Assembly: GCA_046330625.1 (NCBI GenBank)
Contig: JAXLSJ010000008.1
Location: 18,465-82,464, forward strand
Source of the DNA: Candidatus Nanopelagicales bacterium
Lineage (GTDB): Bacteria > Actinomycetota > Actinomycetes > S36-B12 > GCA-2699445
Length of the DNA stretch: 64,000 nucleotides
Direction: 5' to 3'
Shown: one piece after another, positions 1 to 9,304 of the stretch
Position numbering within the stretch: the stretch's first letter is position 1
Layout of the letters: each line of letters starts with the position of its first letter
Program-made: the position numbers and the translations under genes
Notes under the pieces: generated by a model
Told to the model about the DNA's origin: nothing
What the model saw: the letters and a program-made list of their open reading frames with translations, nothing else
Database searches by the model: none

Positions 1-482
1 ACGAAGGTGCCGGGGTAGCCGGGCTCGGGCCACCGGGGATCCCAGTTGTGGCCGTTGGCGACGATGACGCCGTCGAAGTCGAACTCCTCGCCCTGATCGG
101 TGGTCAGGAGCCAGCCGTCCTCGGTGCGGTCGACGGACTCGATGGCGGTGTCGAACAGGTACCGCTCGGTGACGCCGAAGGTGTCGGCGTAGTCCTGCAG
201 GTAGCCGGCGACCTTCACGGCCGACGGGTAGTCCTCCCACTCTTCGGGCATCGGGAAGTCGGCGAACTCGGTGCGGCCCTTGGAGGTGTTGAGGTGCAGC
301 GATTCGTAGGCCGGCGAGACGCCGCTGGTGTTCTCGTAGACCCACAGGCCGCCAACGCGATCACCCTTCTCGAAGCCGACGGCGTCGACGCCGCGCTCGA
401 TGAGTTCCTTCATGGCCGTGATCCCGGCGGCTCCGCCACCGATGACTGCGATACGGGCGTGGGGGCGGGCTGCTGAGGTCAA
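1..482 (-). CDS. FAD-dependent oxidoreductase / flavin-containing monooxygenase-like, N-terminal ~160 codons (gene continues beyond left edge)
   Basis: Not in the ORF track because it runs off the edge. The reverse-complement translation from TTG at 482-480 reads TSAARPHARIAVIGGGAAGITAMKEL (GxGxxG FAD fold). At the window edge it reads ANGHNWDPRWPEPGYPGTF. GC3 is high. Confidence 0.7.
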   Translation of the reverse strand, partial: MTSAARPHARIAVIGGGAAGITAMKELIERGVDAVGFEKGDRVGGLWVYENTSGVSPAYESLHLNTSKGRTEFADFPMPEEWEDYPSAVKVAGYLQDYADTFGVTERYLFDTAIESVDRTEDGWLLTTDQGEEFDFDGVIVANGHNWDPRWPEPGYPGTF

Positions 483-621
483 GATGTGTCCTTCTCGTGG
501 GTGCTGGTACGGCGCCCTGGGCGGGCACAACACTCGTATGCCCGACTCGGCAGTGACCGAAACGTTATGTGCTGCGCCGATCGGGTGGTGTCGCCCGTGC
601 CGAAGGTCCGAGGATGGCGGG

Positions 622-1917
622 ATGGCCCACGAGATGCTTCCGGCCGACGTCGAGGCGGTGATGACGACGGTGGTCGTCCACTGTGGCGAGACCCAGGCCA
701 AGGCATTCCCCGTGGCCGAGTTGCCGGACGTGGCGACACATGGCGTGGGACTGTCCCCGGTCGCCGACGCCTTCGACGTCGGCGGCTCCATCGACACCGA
801 TCAGTCGCTCGCCCGCCCCGACGGTGATCTTCGGCTGATCCCCGACCTGGGGAACGTGAGGTTCCTCGGCGGGATCCCGGGCTGGGCGTGGGCCCCGGCG
901 GACCGCTACCACCAGGACGGTTCGCCGTATGAGGGTGACCAGCGGTTGTTCCTGCGGCGGATGCTCGCGGCCGTCGCCGACGCAGGGCTGAGTGCGAGCG
1001 CGGGATTCGAGATCGAGTGGAACGTCGGCCTTGATCGCGACGAGTTCGTGCCGGGTGTCGCAGGCTCGCCGTACTCGGCGCAGCGCCTGCTGTCGGGCGG
1101 CTCCTATGCGAACGACGTGATGAGTGCGCTGGCGACGGCCGGAGTGCCCGTGCAGCAGTTCCACGCCGAGAACGCCCCCGGCCAGCTCGAGGTCTCGCTT
1201 CCGCCCCGGGACCCGCTGACAGCGGCCGACGATGTCGTCCTGGCCAAACTGGTGATCGCCGCGGTGACCGACCACCACGGACTGCGGCCCACCTTCAGCC
1301 CCGTGGTGGCACCGGGCCTGACGGGTAACGGTGGCCATCTGCATGTGTCGTTCGCGCGGGACGGCGTGCCGCTGTTCGGCGGAGGTTCGGAGTCCGGGGG
1401 GCTTACGAGCGAGGGTGCGTCGATGGTCGCCGGCCTACTGCGACACCTGCCCGGTCTGCTGGCGGTCACGGCTCCGCTCGAGGTGTCGTACCTGCGACTG
1501 CAGCCCCACCGCTGGGCCGGCGCGTTCCAGGTATGGGGGGTCGAGAATCGGGAAGCTCCGCTGCGGCTGATCCCTGGTGGGGCACCCGTGCGGGCGAGCC
1601 TCGAGATCAAGTGTGCCGATTTGGTGGCCAACCCGTACCTGTTCGTCGGATCCGCCCTGGCCCTGGCGTTGTCGGGACTGCGGGAGCCGAACCCCCTGCC
1701 CGAGCCGGTCGTGGGGGATCCCGCGGACGGTGATCACCCGCGGCTGCCCGCCGCGCTGGGCGCCGCGGTCGACCGGTTCCGCGCCGATGAGGTCCTGCGC
1801 ACCGCCTTGGGGGAGCAGCTCCACCGCACGGTCGCGGAGAACCGGGACGCCGAGGTTCGGCGTGCGGCGAGTCTCGACGTCGAGGATCTGATCGCCTCGA
1901 CCCGATGGTGGCGGTGA
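622..1917 (+). CDS. Glutamine synthetase family protein (GlnA-like gamma-glutamyl ligase)
   Basis: Part of track ORF 400..1917. GS catalytic-domain style motifs are GFEIEWNVG, NGGHLHVSF and LEIKCADLVANPYL. I chose ATG 622 (MAHEML...) because upstream codons overlap the divergent gene. The start is uncertain (538 is also possible). Confidence 0.8.
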   Translation: MAHEMLPADVEAVMTTVVVHCGETQAKAFPVAELPDVATHGVGLSPVADAFDVGGSIDTDQSLARPDGDLRLIPDLGNVRFLGGIPGWAWAPADRYHQDGSPYEGDQRLFLRRMLAAVADAGLSASAGFEIEWNVGLDRDEFVPGVAGSPYSAQRLLSGGSYANDVMSALATAGVPVQQFHAENAPGQLEVSLPPRDPLTAADDVVLAKLVIAAVTDHHGLRPTFSPVVAPGLTGNGGHLHVSFARDGVPLFGGGSESGGLTSEGASMVAGLLRHLPGLLAVTAPLEVSYLRLQPHRWAGAFQVWGVENREAPLRLIPGGAPVRASLEIKCADLVANPYLFVGSALALALSGLREPNPLPEPVVGDPADGDHPRLPAALGAAVDRFRADEVLRTALGEQLHRTVAENRDAEVRRAASLDVEDLIASTRWWR

Positions 1918-1925
1918 GCACTCAG

Positions 1926-1984
1926 GGGTGAGTAGCCGCGAAGCTGCGTATCGAAGCCCCCGGTGGTCGAGCGAAGCCGAGACC
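1926..1984 (+). repeat. Degenerate B unit directly followed by an A unit of the intergenic repeat family
   Basis: The sequence is ggggtgagtagccgcgaagctgcgtatcgaagccccc followed by ggtggtcgagcgaagccgagacc. It begins 9 nt after the stop of the GS-like gene. Confidence 0.8.
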
Positions 1985-2011
1985 ACGGGGACCAGCGCCC
2001 CGTTCGACAGG

Positions 2012-2776
2012 TCAGCGCTGTCGGGCGCGGCGGGCGCCCACCTCGCGCACCAGGGGGCGTGGCAGGTACTGCGCCATCAGGCTGAGGGCGCCGTATCGGC
2101 GGCTGGCCACACTGATGAGCCGCCCCTTGTCGGAGTCGCGCAACGCCTGGGACACGACGTCGTCCACGTCGAGCCAGAGCACGCCCGGGATCCCGGCCAT
2201 GTCCATAGACGCCCGCTCGTGGAACTCGGTGTGGGTGAAACCCGGACACACGGCGGTCGCCGCCACGCCGGTCCCGGACAACTCCCCGCTCAGCCCTTCG
2301 GTGAACACCGTGACCCAGGACTTGGCCGCGCTGTAGGTGCTGCCCGTGATCCATCCGGCGACGCTGCTGACGTTGATCAGTCGCCCCGACCCCCGCGCCA
2401 CCATGCCGGGCAGGGCCGCGTGCGACAGCCTCATGACGGCAGTCACCATCACGTCGATCATCGCCTGCTCGTCGGCCACGTCGGAGTGGAGGAACGAGTC
2501 CTCGATGCCGAAGCCCGCGTTGTTGACGAGGATCTCGACCGGGGATTCCGGGTCGGCCAGGATCCGGGCCACGCGGTCGACGTCGGCGCGGTTCGCCAGG
2601 TCGGCCGGCACGGCCACGGCGTCGACCCGGAAGTCGGCGCGCAGTTCGGCGGCCAATTCGTCGAGTCGTTCGGCGGTGCGGGCCACCAGGATCAGGTCGT
2701 GGCCCCGCTCGGCGAGGGCGCGGGCGAATCCGCGGCCCAGCCCCGCGGTGGCTCCGGTGACAAGTGCTCGGGTCAT
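2012..2776 (-). CDS. SDR family oxidoreductase
   Basis: Track ORF 2012..2908. The real start is ATG 2776 (MTRALVTGATAGLGRGFARALAERGH, a TGxxxGxG motif), with NNAGFG and YSAAK motifs. The 44 upstream codons are translated A repeats. Confidence 0.9.
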   Translation of the reverse strand: MTRALVTGATAGLGRGFARALAERGHDLILVARTAERLDELAAELRADFRVDAVAVPADLANRADVDRVARILADPESPVEILVNNAGFGIEDSFLHSDVADEQAMIDVMVTAVMRLSHAALPGMVARGSGRLINVSSVAGWITGSTYSAAKSWVTVFTEGLSGELSGTGVAATAVCPGFTHTEFHERASMDMAGIPGVLWLDVDDVVSQALRDSDKGRLISVASRRYGALSLMAQYLPRPLVREVGARRARQR

Positions 2777-2815
2777 GGGGCCATCCTCCCCCGAATCTTC
2801 TGGAGGCCGAGCGTC

Positions 2816-2870
2816 GGTGGTCGAGCGAAGTCGAGACCGCGCCCCCCGGTGGTCGAGCGGAGCCGAGACC
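2816..2870 (+). repeat. Two tandem A units (2816-2838, 2848-2870)
   Basis: The units are ggtggtcgagcgaagtcgagacc and ggtggtcgagcggagccgagacc(acc). They lie between the SDR start and the MFS stop. Confidence 0.85.
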
Positions 2871-2873
2871 ACC

Positions 2874-4179
2874 TCACCGAACTCGAGAGTCGGCGCCCCG
2901 TGCCTCACGGGCGCGGGCCGACGACTGAGTCACCGGTGGCGCCTCGGCGGCGGGTCCCTCTCGTGTCCGTGGACCGACGACGCGCAGTTGCCGGATCTGT
3001 CTGAAGCCGACGGCACCGACGGACAGTCCCAGAATGGCCAGCCCGCCCGCCGTGAGGGTCGCGGGTATCCCGATGTGCGCTGACACCGGTCCGGCTGCGA
3101 TCGCCCCCAGCGGGCTCAGCGCGTACGAACCGACGGCGTCGTAGGCGGCTACCCGGGAGAGCCTGTCGGTGGGGATGCGTTCCTGCAGGGTGGTGCTCCA
3201 CGAGATCGTGAAGACCTCCACCCCGATCCCGGAGAGCCCGGCTGCGATCACGATTGTCAGCGTCGGCAGGGGTCCGGCCAGGGCGAGGATCGGCAATGCG
3301 AGGCAAGCAGTGCCGAGGGCGCCGACCAGCAGTGGTCGATTCGGTCGCACGCGCATGATCAGGATTGCGCCGGCGGCCGCGCCGAGTGCCTGGCCGGCGA
3401 GCACGGCGCCCCACGAGCCTGGTCCATTCAGCGACTCGTCGGCGACCACCGGACCAAGGACGGTGAAGCACCCCAGGAAGAGCGTGTTCACCAGGCTGAA
3501 CTGGGCCACGATGAGCCACAACCACCGGTGACCGGTGAACTCGCGCCAACCGTGCCGCAGCTCGGTCAGGTATCCGGGAGTGGCGTGCGGCGCCAACGCA
3601 GGAAGTCTGATCCAACGGCGGAAGATCGCGACCACGAGGTAGCTGAGCGCATCGACCGCCAGGGTCCAACCCGGACCGATGGCGGCGACGAGCAGACCCC
3701 CTGCTGCCGCACCGCCGATCAGCGCGGTGTTGGCGGCGAGGCGACTCCACGAGATTCGCCGACGACAGGTCAGCCGGTGGCACTGTTTGCGGCACGATGC
3801 CGTGCGCAGCGGGCAAGTAGCAGCCGAAGGCGGCAGCACGCAGGGCAGACAGGGCGGCGATCACCCACAACGGGCAGGTCCCTGCGAGGACAACGACGGC
3901 CAGCGCGCCCTGCGCAACTGCCTGCGTCAGCTCGGCACCGACGATGACCCGCAGCCGGGGCAGCCGGTCGGCCAACACGCCGCCGAACAGCAGCGCCGCG
4001 ACGGTGGCAGTCAGCGCGGTGGCGGCGACCACGCCGACATCGCTGGCGGAACCGCCCAGGTCCAGTACCGCGAACGGGACGGCCGTGGCCGCGACGGCGG
4101 ACCCGAGTGTGGACGTGAATTCCCCGGCCAGGAGCAGCCGGAAGTTGCGATGTGACAGGGCCCCCGTTGTCGGTCGCAT
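2874..4179 (-). pseudogene. MFS transporter, reading frame broken near 3745-3765 as assembled
   Basis: The N-terminal half (MRPTTGALSHRNFRLLLAGEF...PPADLSSAN) is in the frame of ORF 2905..4335. The rest (...LAANTALIGGAAAGGLLVAAIGPGW... to stop 2874) is in ORF 2874..3839. The shift is +1, i.e. one extra base (plausibly gcctc for gctc). The start ATG 4179-4177 overlaps the upstream stop as TGATG. Confidence 0.8.
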
Positions 4180-4705
4180 CAGGCGCCCTCGTCGTCGTCC
4201 ACCTCGAACAACACCGCGCTGGCGCTGACGTGCAGGGCGCCGGTGGTGCGCAGCGGTAGGGCTCGTTCGTGCAAGGTGGCCATCGCGTCGGCAATCTGGC
4301 GCGCCGCCTTCTCCCACACCTCCCGCTCGACCCACAGATCAGCGTCGGAGAACACCGCCCAGTCGCCTACCGTCGCCCCGCCCAGCCGGCGAGCAACCTC
4401 GGTGGCCACCGCCTGCACCGCCAGGTGTGGGTCGTCGTCGCTGCCGGCAGGGCCGGTTCCGCCGTAAGCCGGTATCGGCGCTCTCGCCCGCCGCGGACGT
4501 TGCGAACCTCCGCGAGTTCGAGGAACCCCGCCGCCGCCAGCTGACGGACGTGGAAGCTGACCGCAGCCTGACTCATGGACATCTCCCGCGCCAGCTCCGC
4601 GCTCGACATCGCCGTTCCCGTCACGAGCGACAGGATCCGCAATCGCACCGGATGTGAGAGGGCGCGCAACCTGGTCCACTCGTCCGGGTCTACCTCCAAA
4701 GACAT
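4179..4705 (-). pseudogene. ArsR-family winged-HTH regulator with C-terminal extension, frame broken near 4446-4450 as assembled
   Basis: The N-terminus is in ORF 4367..4705 (MSLEVDPDEWTRLRALSHPVRLRILSLV...VSFHVRQLAAAGFLE...RERRYRLTAEPALP). The C-terminus is in ORF 4179..4721 (GSDDDPHLAVQAVATEVARRLGG...FEVDDDEGA). Adding one C to ctgcc|ggc restores a single frame. Confidence 0.8.
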
Positions 4706-4765
4706 ATTTGGAGGGTCTCACAACCCACGTGGCCCGGTCAACGGGTCGAGGGTGGCGGCTGGCCC

Positions 4766-5192
4766 GGTGGTCCAGCGGAGCCGAGACCGCGTCCCCCGGT
4801 GTCGAGCGGAGCCGAGACTGCGCCCCCCGGTGGTCGAGCGGAGCCGAGACCTCCGGTCCCCGGGTGGGCGCGCACGTTCCTGCCGTTCTGACGACCGTGC
4901 GAACCGTCCGCTCTCGACCCGCGCACAGTTGTGTCGCAATGGCTTCGAAATGGGCATCGAATACGACATGTCTTTGCGCGGGTCCCGACCCGGCGGCCCC
5001 GGAGGAGTCTCATAACGACAGGTTCGTGCGCGTGTGCTGCGGTCTCGGCGTCGCTCGACCACCGGGGGCTTCGCTCGACCACCGGTGCATAGCTCGACCG
5101 CGGTGGTCTCGGCTTCGCTCGACCACCGGGAGGGGTGGCCGGGGGTGGTGGTCTCGGCTTCGCTCGACCACCGGGGGTGTCGCTCGACCACC
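4766..5192. repeat. Repeat island 1: three forward A units, an AT-richer core, then three full and three partial reverse A units
   Basis: Forward units are at 4766-4788, 4798-4819 and 4829-4851. Full reverse units are at 5041-5063, 5105-5127 and 5150-5172. Partial reverse units are at 5069-5083, 5088-5099 and 5178-5192. The core holds a nested hairpin at 4933-4967 (gtcgcaatggcTTCGAaatgggcaTCGAAtacgac). The island fills the divergent ArsR / acyl-CoA dehydrogenase intergenic region. Confidence 0.85.
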
Positions 5193-5257
5193 GGATAGCG
5201 GGCACAGTCGGCGCGGCACGTACGCTTTCGCAGAAGCTCCCGAACCGAGAGGCTCTC

Positions 5258-7039
5258 ATGTCCCTGCTGTTCAACCCCCGGACCTACGACCCGTCGAGTT
5301 TCGACGACGAGACTTCGCGGCAGCTGTTGGCGCTGGTCGACTTCTTCGAGAGCAAGGGACTCGCGCGCAACAAGGAGGAGTACTACTCCGGCGAGTGGTA
5401 CACCGACTTCCTCGCTCTCGTCGCCGAGAACAAGATCTTCTCGACGTTCGCCACCCCCGCCGAGGTCGGTGCGCTCGTCGGCGACGACGACGCGCGCTGG
5501 GACCTGGCGCGGATCAACGACCTGAACGAGATCCTCGGCTTCTACTCACTGTCCCACTGGTACGCGTGGCAGGTGTCGGTGCTGGGTCTGGGCCCGGTCT
5601 GGCTGTCCGACAACGATGACGCTCGACGCACCGTCGCCCAGTTGCTGGCCGACGGCTACATCTTCGGTTTCGGCCTGTCCGAGCGGGAGCACGGCGCCGA
5701 CATCTACTCCACCGACATGATCCTGACCCGCAGCGGCGACGGGTACACCGCCAGCGGGGGCAAGTGGTACATCGGCAACGGCAACGTGGCGGGCCGGCTG
5801 AGTGTGTTCGGCAAGTTCGCCGACGACGATCCGGAACGACCCGGCGAGTACGCGTTCTTCCTGGTCGACACCCAGCATGAGAACTACGAACTGATCAAGA
5901 ACGTCGTGGCCGGCCAGATGTTCGTCGCCGCCTTCAACCTGCATGAGTACCCGGTGGCCGAGGCCGACATCCTGCACGTCGGCAAGCCGGCGTGGGACGC
6001 GGCGCTGGCCACCGTCAACGTCGGCAAGGTGAACCTCGGCTGGGCCAGCATCGGCATCAGCGAGCACGCGTTCTTCGAGGCGATCACTCACGCGAACAAC
6101 CGCATCCTCTACGGCAATCGGGTGACCGACTTCCCCCACGTGAGGCGCATGCTGGCCGACGCCTACGCCCGACTGATCGCCATGAAGGTGTACGCGGCCC
6201 GGTCGGCCGACTACTTCCGCAGCGCGAGCGAGGACGACCGCCGGTTCCTGCTGTTCAACCCCATCACCAAGGCCAAGGTGACCAGCGAGGGTGAGCGGGT
6301 CATCGACCTGCTGTGGGACGTCATCGCGGCCCGCGGGTTCGAGCAGGACACCTACTTCAGCCGCGCGGCCACGGATATCCGGGCGCTGCCCAAACTCGAG
6401 GGCACGGTGGCGGTCAACATCGCCCTGGTGCTCAAGTTCCTCCCCATGTACCTGGGTGCGGCCCACGGCGCCGCCGCCGAGTACCCCGAGGTGGGTGTCC
6501 GACAGGACGCGGCCGACGACGCGTACCTGTTCCATCAGGGACCGGCCAAGGGGCTGAGCAAGATCGGATTTGCCGACTGGCGTCCCGCCCTCGACCGGTT
6601 CGGCCACCTTCCCAACGTGGCGGTCTTCCGCGAGCAGATCGACGCGTTCACCCGGTTGGTCATGACCGCCCCTCCCAGCGAGGAGCAGAGCAAGGACCTC
6701 GACTATCTGCAGGTGCTGGGGCAACTGTTCACCCAGATCGTGTACGCCCAGTTGATCTGCGAGTCCGCGGCGCTAGCGCTCGACGCGGGCGAGACCCGCA
6801 CCGGCTCGGTCAGCGACCTGTCCGACCTCACCGAGGCGCACGTCGACCGCATGTTCGCGGTGTTCGTGCAGGACATGGCCGAGCAGGCCGTCGCCCTGCA
6901 CGGCCAGGCATCGGCGAACGACACCCAGCGCGACCTGGGGCTGGCCATCGTTAAGCGGCCGGTCATCGACCCTGCCGCCGAACAGCAGTTCGTCACCGAG
7001 GTCCTGTCCTACGACGGCGTCTACGAGATGAAGCCGTGA
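5258..7039 (+). CDS. Acyl-CoA dehydrogenase family protein (long form, ~593 aa)
   Basis: Track ORF 5135..7039. ATG 5258 (MSLLFNPRTYDP) is preceded by gagagg. Motifs are GFGLSEREHGADIYSTDM and GGKWYIGNGNVAG. Upstream codons are translated repeats. Confidence 0.85.
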   Translation: MSLLFNPRTYDPSSFDDETSRQLLALVDFFESKGLARNKEEYYSGEWYTDFLALVAENKIFSTFATPAEVGALVGDDDARWDLARINDLNEILGFYSLSHWYAWQVSVLGLGPVWLSDNDDARRTVAQLLADGYIFGFGLSEREHGADIYSTDMILTRSGDGYTASGGKWYIGNGNVAGRLSVFGKFADDDPERPGEYAFFLVDTQHENYELIKNVVAGQMFVAAFNLHEYPVAEADILHVGKPAWDAALATVNVGKVNLGWASIGISEHAFFEAITHANNRILYGNRVTDFPHVRRMLADAYARLIAMKVYAARSADYFRSASEDDRRFLLFNPITKAKVTSEGERVIDLLWDVIAARGFEQDTYFSRAATDIRALPKLEGTVAVNIALVLKFLPMYLGAAHGAAAEYPEVGVRQDAADDAYLFHQGPAKGLSKIGFADWRPALDRFGHLPNVAVFREQIDAFTRLVMTAPPSEEQSKDLDYLQVLGQLFTQIVYAQLICESAALALDAGETRTGSVSDLSDLTEAHVDRMFAVFVQDMAEQAVALHGQASANDTQRDLGLAIVKRPVIDPAAEQQFVTEVLSYDGVYEMKP

Positions 7040-7572
7040 CCGCGCGCGACGACCTGCTCGCGGCCATCCGCGACAAGGCGGTCGTGATGGGCCGGGTGAT
7101 CCTGTCCAGCGGACAGGAGGCCGACTACTACGTCGACCTGCGCCGGGTGACCCTCGACGGCCACGCCGCGCCCCTGGTGGGCCAGGTCATGCTCGACCTG
7201 ACCGCGGATCTCGACTACGACGCGGTGGGCGGCCTGACGCTCGGTGCCGACCCCGTGGCCACGGCCATGCTGCACGCGGCGGCCGCGCGTGGCCGGCAGC
7301 TCGACGCCTTCGTCGTGCGCAAGGAGTCCAAACACCACGGATTGCAGCGCCGGGTCGAGGGACCCGACGTCGCGGGGCGTCGCGTGCTCGCGGTCGAGGA
7401 CACCTCGACGACGGGTGGTTCCGTGCTCACTGCGGTCGAGGCGCTGCGCGAGGCGGGCGCCGAGGTGGTCGGGGTGGCGGTCATCGTCGAGCGGGGTGCA
7501 GCACCTCGGGTCGAAGAGGCCGATCTGGAGTATCGGGCCGCCTACCACCTGGCGGACCTGGGACTGGACTGA
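7036..7572 (+). CDS. pyrE: Orotate phosphoribosyltransferase
   Basis: Track ORF. PRPP-binding motif VLAVEDTSTTGGSVL and typical PyrE length. The GTG start overlaps the upstream stop (GTGA). Confidence 0.93.
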   Translation: MTARDDLLAAIRDKAVVMGRVILSSGQEADYYVDLRRVTLDGHAAPLVGQVMLDLTADLDYDAVGGLTLGADPVATAMLHAAAARGRQLDAFVVRKESKHHGLQRRVEGPDVAGRRVLAVEDTSTTGGSVLTAVEALREAGAEVVGVAVIVERGAAPRVEEADLEYRAAYHLADLGLD

Positions 7573-8329
7573 GCAGACCGGGCTGACCGCGCTCCGACAG
7601 TCTCGGGTAGCCGAACAGGTCCAGATCGGCGGCGAACCACTCCTCGATCCGCTGCAGCGACTCGGTCGACAGCAGGGCCGCGTGGCGGATGCCCGGGCGC
7701 GGGTCGGAGTCCACGTTGCGGTTACCGCTGCGGCTCGGCAACGAGTAGCGGCGGCAGAGGTCGGCGAAGTCGGTCTCGAAGTCCTCGACCCGGCCGATCA
7801 CCGAGGCTTTTCGGACTCCATCGCGATGGGTCCAGTAGTGCGCGGGATGCAGCGGGAGGTTCGGGTTGTGGCCCGGGACATCGACACAGCGCCGGTCGAG
7901 AAGTGCGACCCACCGGTTCAGGTTGCCGCCACTCCGGTGGAGCAGGTCGCGGGTGGCGGCCAGTTGCAGTTCCGAGGATCGGTTCACGAGACGGTCGCCG
8001 AAGTCGTGGTTCCCCTGCCTGGCCAGATCACGGTGCACCTGTCGGAAGGCGCTGACCACCCGGTCGTAGGGGTTGCGGATGAATACGGCGACGTCGTACC
8101 CGAGCGCCCCCTCGGGCAGGCGGGCGAGATCGTGCTGGGTCAGATGGTTCGAGATCACGCGACCCACCTCGGGCTCGAACCACACGGCGTGGTCGCGGTG
8201 GAATCCGTTGAGCTCACCCAGACGATGCCGGGTCGTGGAGGACGCGGACTTCCACGGCTCCAATAGGATCAGGCGATGCCGGTGGAGGACGAGCACGGGG
8301 GCCACGCTAGCCCGGGTGTCTGGCGACAT
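7481..8329 (-). CDS. Sulfotransferase family protein
   Basis: This is the 3' third of track ORF 7481..9208, starting at ATG 8329 (MSPDTRASVAPVLVLHRHRLILLEPWKSASSTT, a PAPS-loop-like motif). It also shows HPAHYWTH and GRVEDFETDFADLCRR. The 3' end overlaps pyrE convergently by 92 nt. Confidence 0.75.
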   Translation of the reverse strand: MSPDTRASVAPVLVLHRHRLILLEPWKSASSTTRHRLGELNGFHRDHAVWFEPEVGRVISNHLTQHDLARLPEGALGYDVAVFIRNPYDRVVSAFRQVHRDLARQGNHDFGDRLVNRSSELQLAATRDLLHRSGGNLNRWVALLDRRCVDVPGHNPNLPLHPAHYWTHRDGVRKASVIGRVEDFETDFADLCRRYSLPSRSGNRNVDSDPRPGIRHAALLSTESLQRIEEWFAADLDLFGYPRLSERGQPGLLSPVPGPPGGRRPDTPDRPLRPEVLHPARR

Positions 8330-9304
8330 CCCGAAGCCCGGGCCGAAGCGTGGACCCCCGAGGTCGCGGGCGCGTATCTGGCGTCGTTCCGGAGGTTGCG
8401 CGACCTGAGCCGACCGAGGGCCACGACGCCGCTGCGGCTCGCGTTCCTGGGTCAGCGGAGTTACTTCGGCGTCACCGCCCCGCCCGAGGATCTGCCCGGG
8501 CTGACGAGCCACTTCTTCGACCGGATCCCGGGGACCGACCCCAGCGAGGTGACCGGACGGCTGCGCCGCTGGGCCCCGGACGTGCTGGTCGTGTTCCGGC
8601 CGGAGCTGCATCACGACGTCCTGCGGAACGTCCCGGAAACCCTGCGCGTGGGGCTGCTCACCGAACCGGTCCTGATCCCGGGGTGGGAGGGGAACCTCGA
8701 CCTGCAGCGCCGGACCAGCGAGTTCGCCGCGCTCGACCCGTCCAGTTGCGATCTCTACGTCGGCTTCAACCCCACCTTCACCGACACCTGGGAGTCGCGG
8801 GTGCCGATCTGGCGGCACCTGCCGCTTCCGGTTCACGACAGCGTGTACTGCCCCCCGGACGCGGTCACCGTCCCCCGGCGCGCGGGGGGGATCTTCGTCG
8901 GCCGCGTCACGGACCACCGCAACCGGTTCCTGATGCCGCTCAAGCACCGGTTCGACTGGACCGTGGTCGACCACGGGCTGCGCAGCCTGGCGGGGATCAC
9001 GGTAGGGCTCAATCTGCACGCCGACGACTACCCCAACTTCGAGAACCGGGTGGCCTTGCACCTGGCCCGCGGGCACCTCGTGCTCACCGAACCCCTGTCC
9101 CCGCAGTACGACCTGATCGACGGTGTGCAGGTACTCTCCGTCGACCGACCGCGTGACCTGGTGGAGATGGTGGCCGATATCGACGACCTGCCCGAGCGGC
9201 ACCACCACATCGCCCAGCGGGGTCGCCTGGCCGCCGAATCTTTCCGGGCGTCACGCCGCTGGCCGGATCTCCTCGTCGACCTCGCGGCGGCGGTGAACCC
9301 ATGA
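8276..9304 (+). CDS. CgeB-like glycosyltransferase family protein
   Basis: Track ORF. The C-terminal block ITVGLNLHADDYPNFENRVALHLARGHLVLTEPL...LVEMVADIDDLPERHHHIAQRG resembles the CgeB / Glyco_trans_1_2 type. The start is uncertain, since ATG 8276 would overlap the divergent sulfotransferase start by 54 nt. Confidence 0.65.
   Translation: MPVEDEHGGHASPGVWRHPEARAEAWTPEVAGAYLASFRRLRDLSRPRATTPLRLAFLGQRSYFGVTAPPEDLPGLTSHFFDRIPGTDPSEVTGRLRRWAPDVLVVFRPELHHDVLRNVPETLRVGLLTEPVLIPGWEGNLDLQRRTSEFAALDPSSCDLYVGFNPTFTDTWESRVPIWRHLPLPVHDSVYCPPDAVTVPRRAGGIFVGRVTDHRNRFLMPLKHRFDWTVVDHGLRSLAGITVGLNLHADDYPNFENRVALHLARGHLVLTEPLSPQYDLIDGVQVLSVDRPRDLVEMVADIDDLPERHHHIAQRGRLAAESFRASRRWPDLLVDLAAAVNP

Noticed and set aside
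8350-9156. Alternative-frame ORFs (8350..9156 +, 7244..8266 +, 9327..10034 +, 10031..11587 +) within the glycan cluster
   Set aside because: Their Arg/Pro/Gly-rich composition lacks motifs, and they overlap better-supported frames that carry GT, methyltransferase or sulfotransferase signatures.
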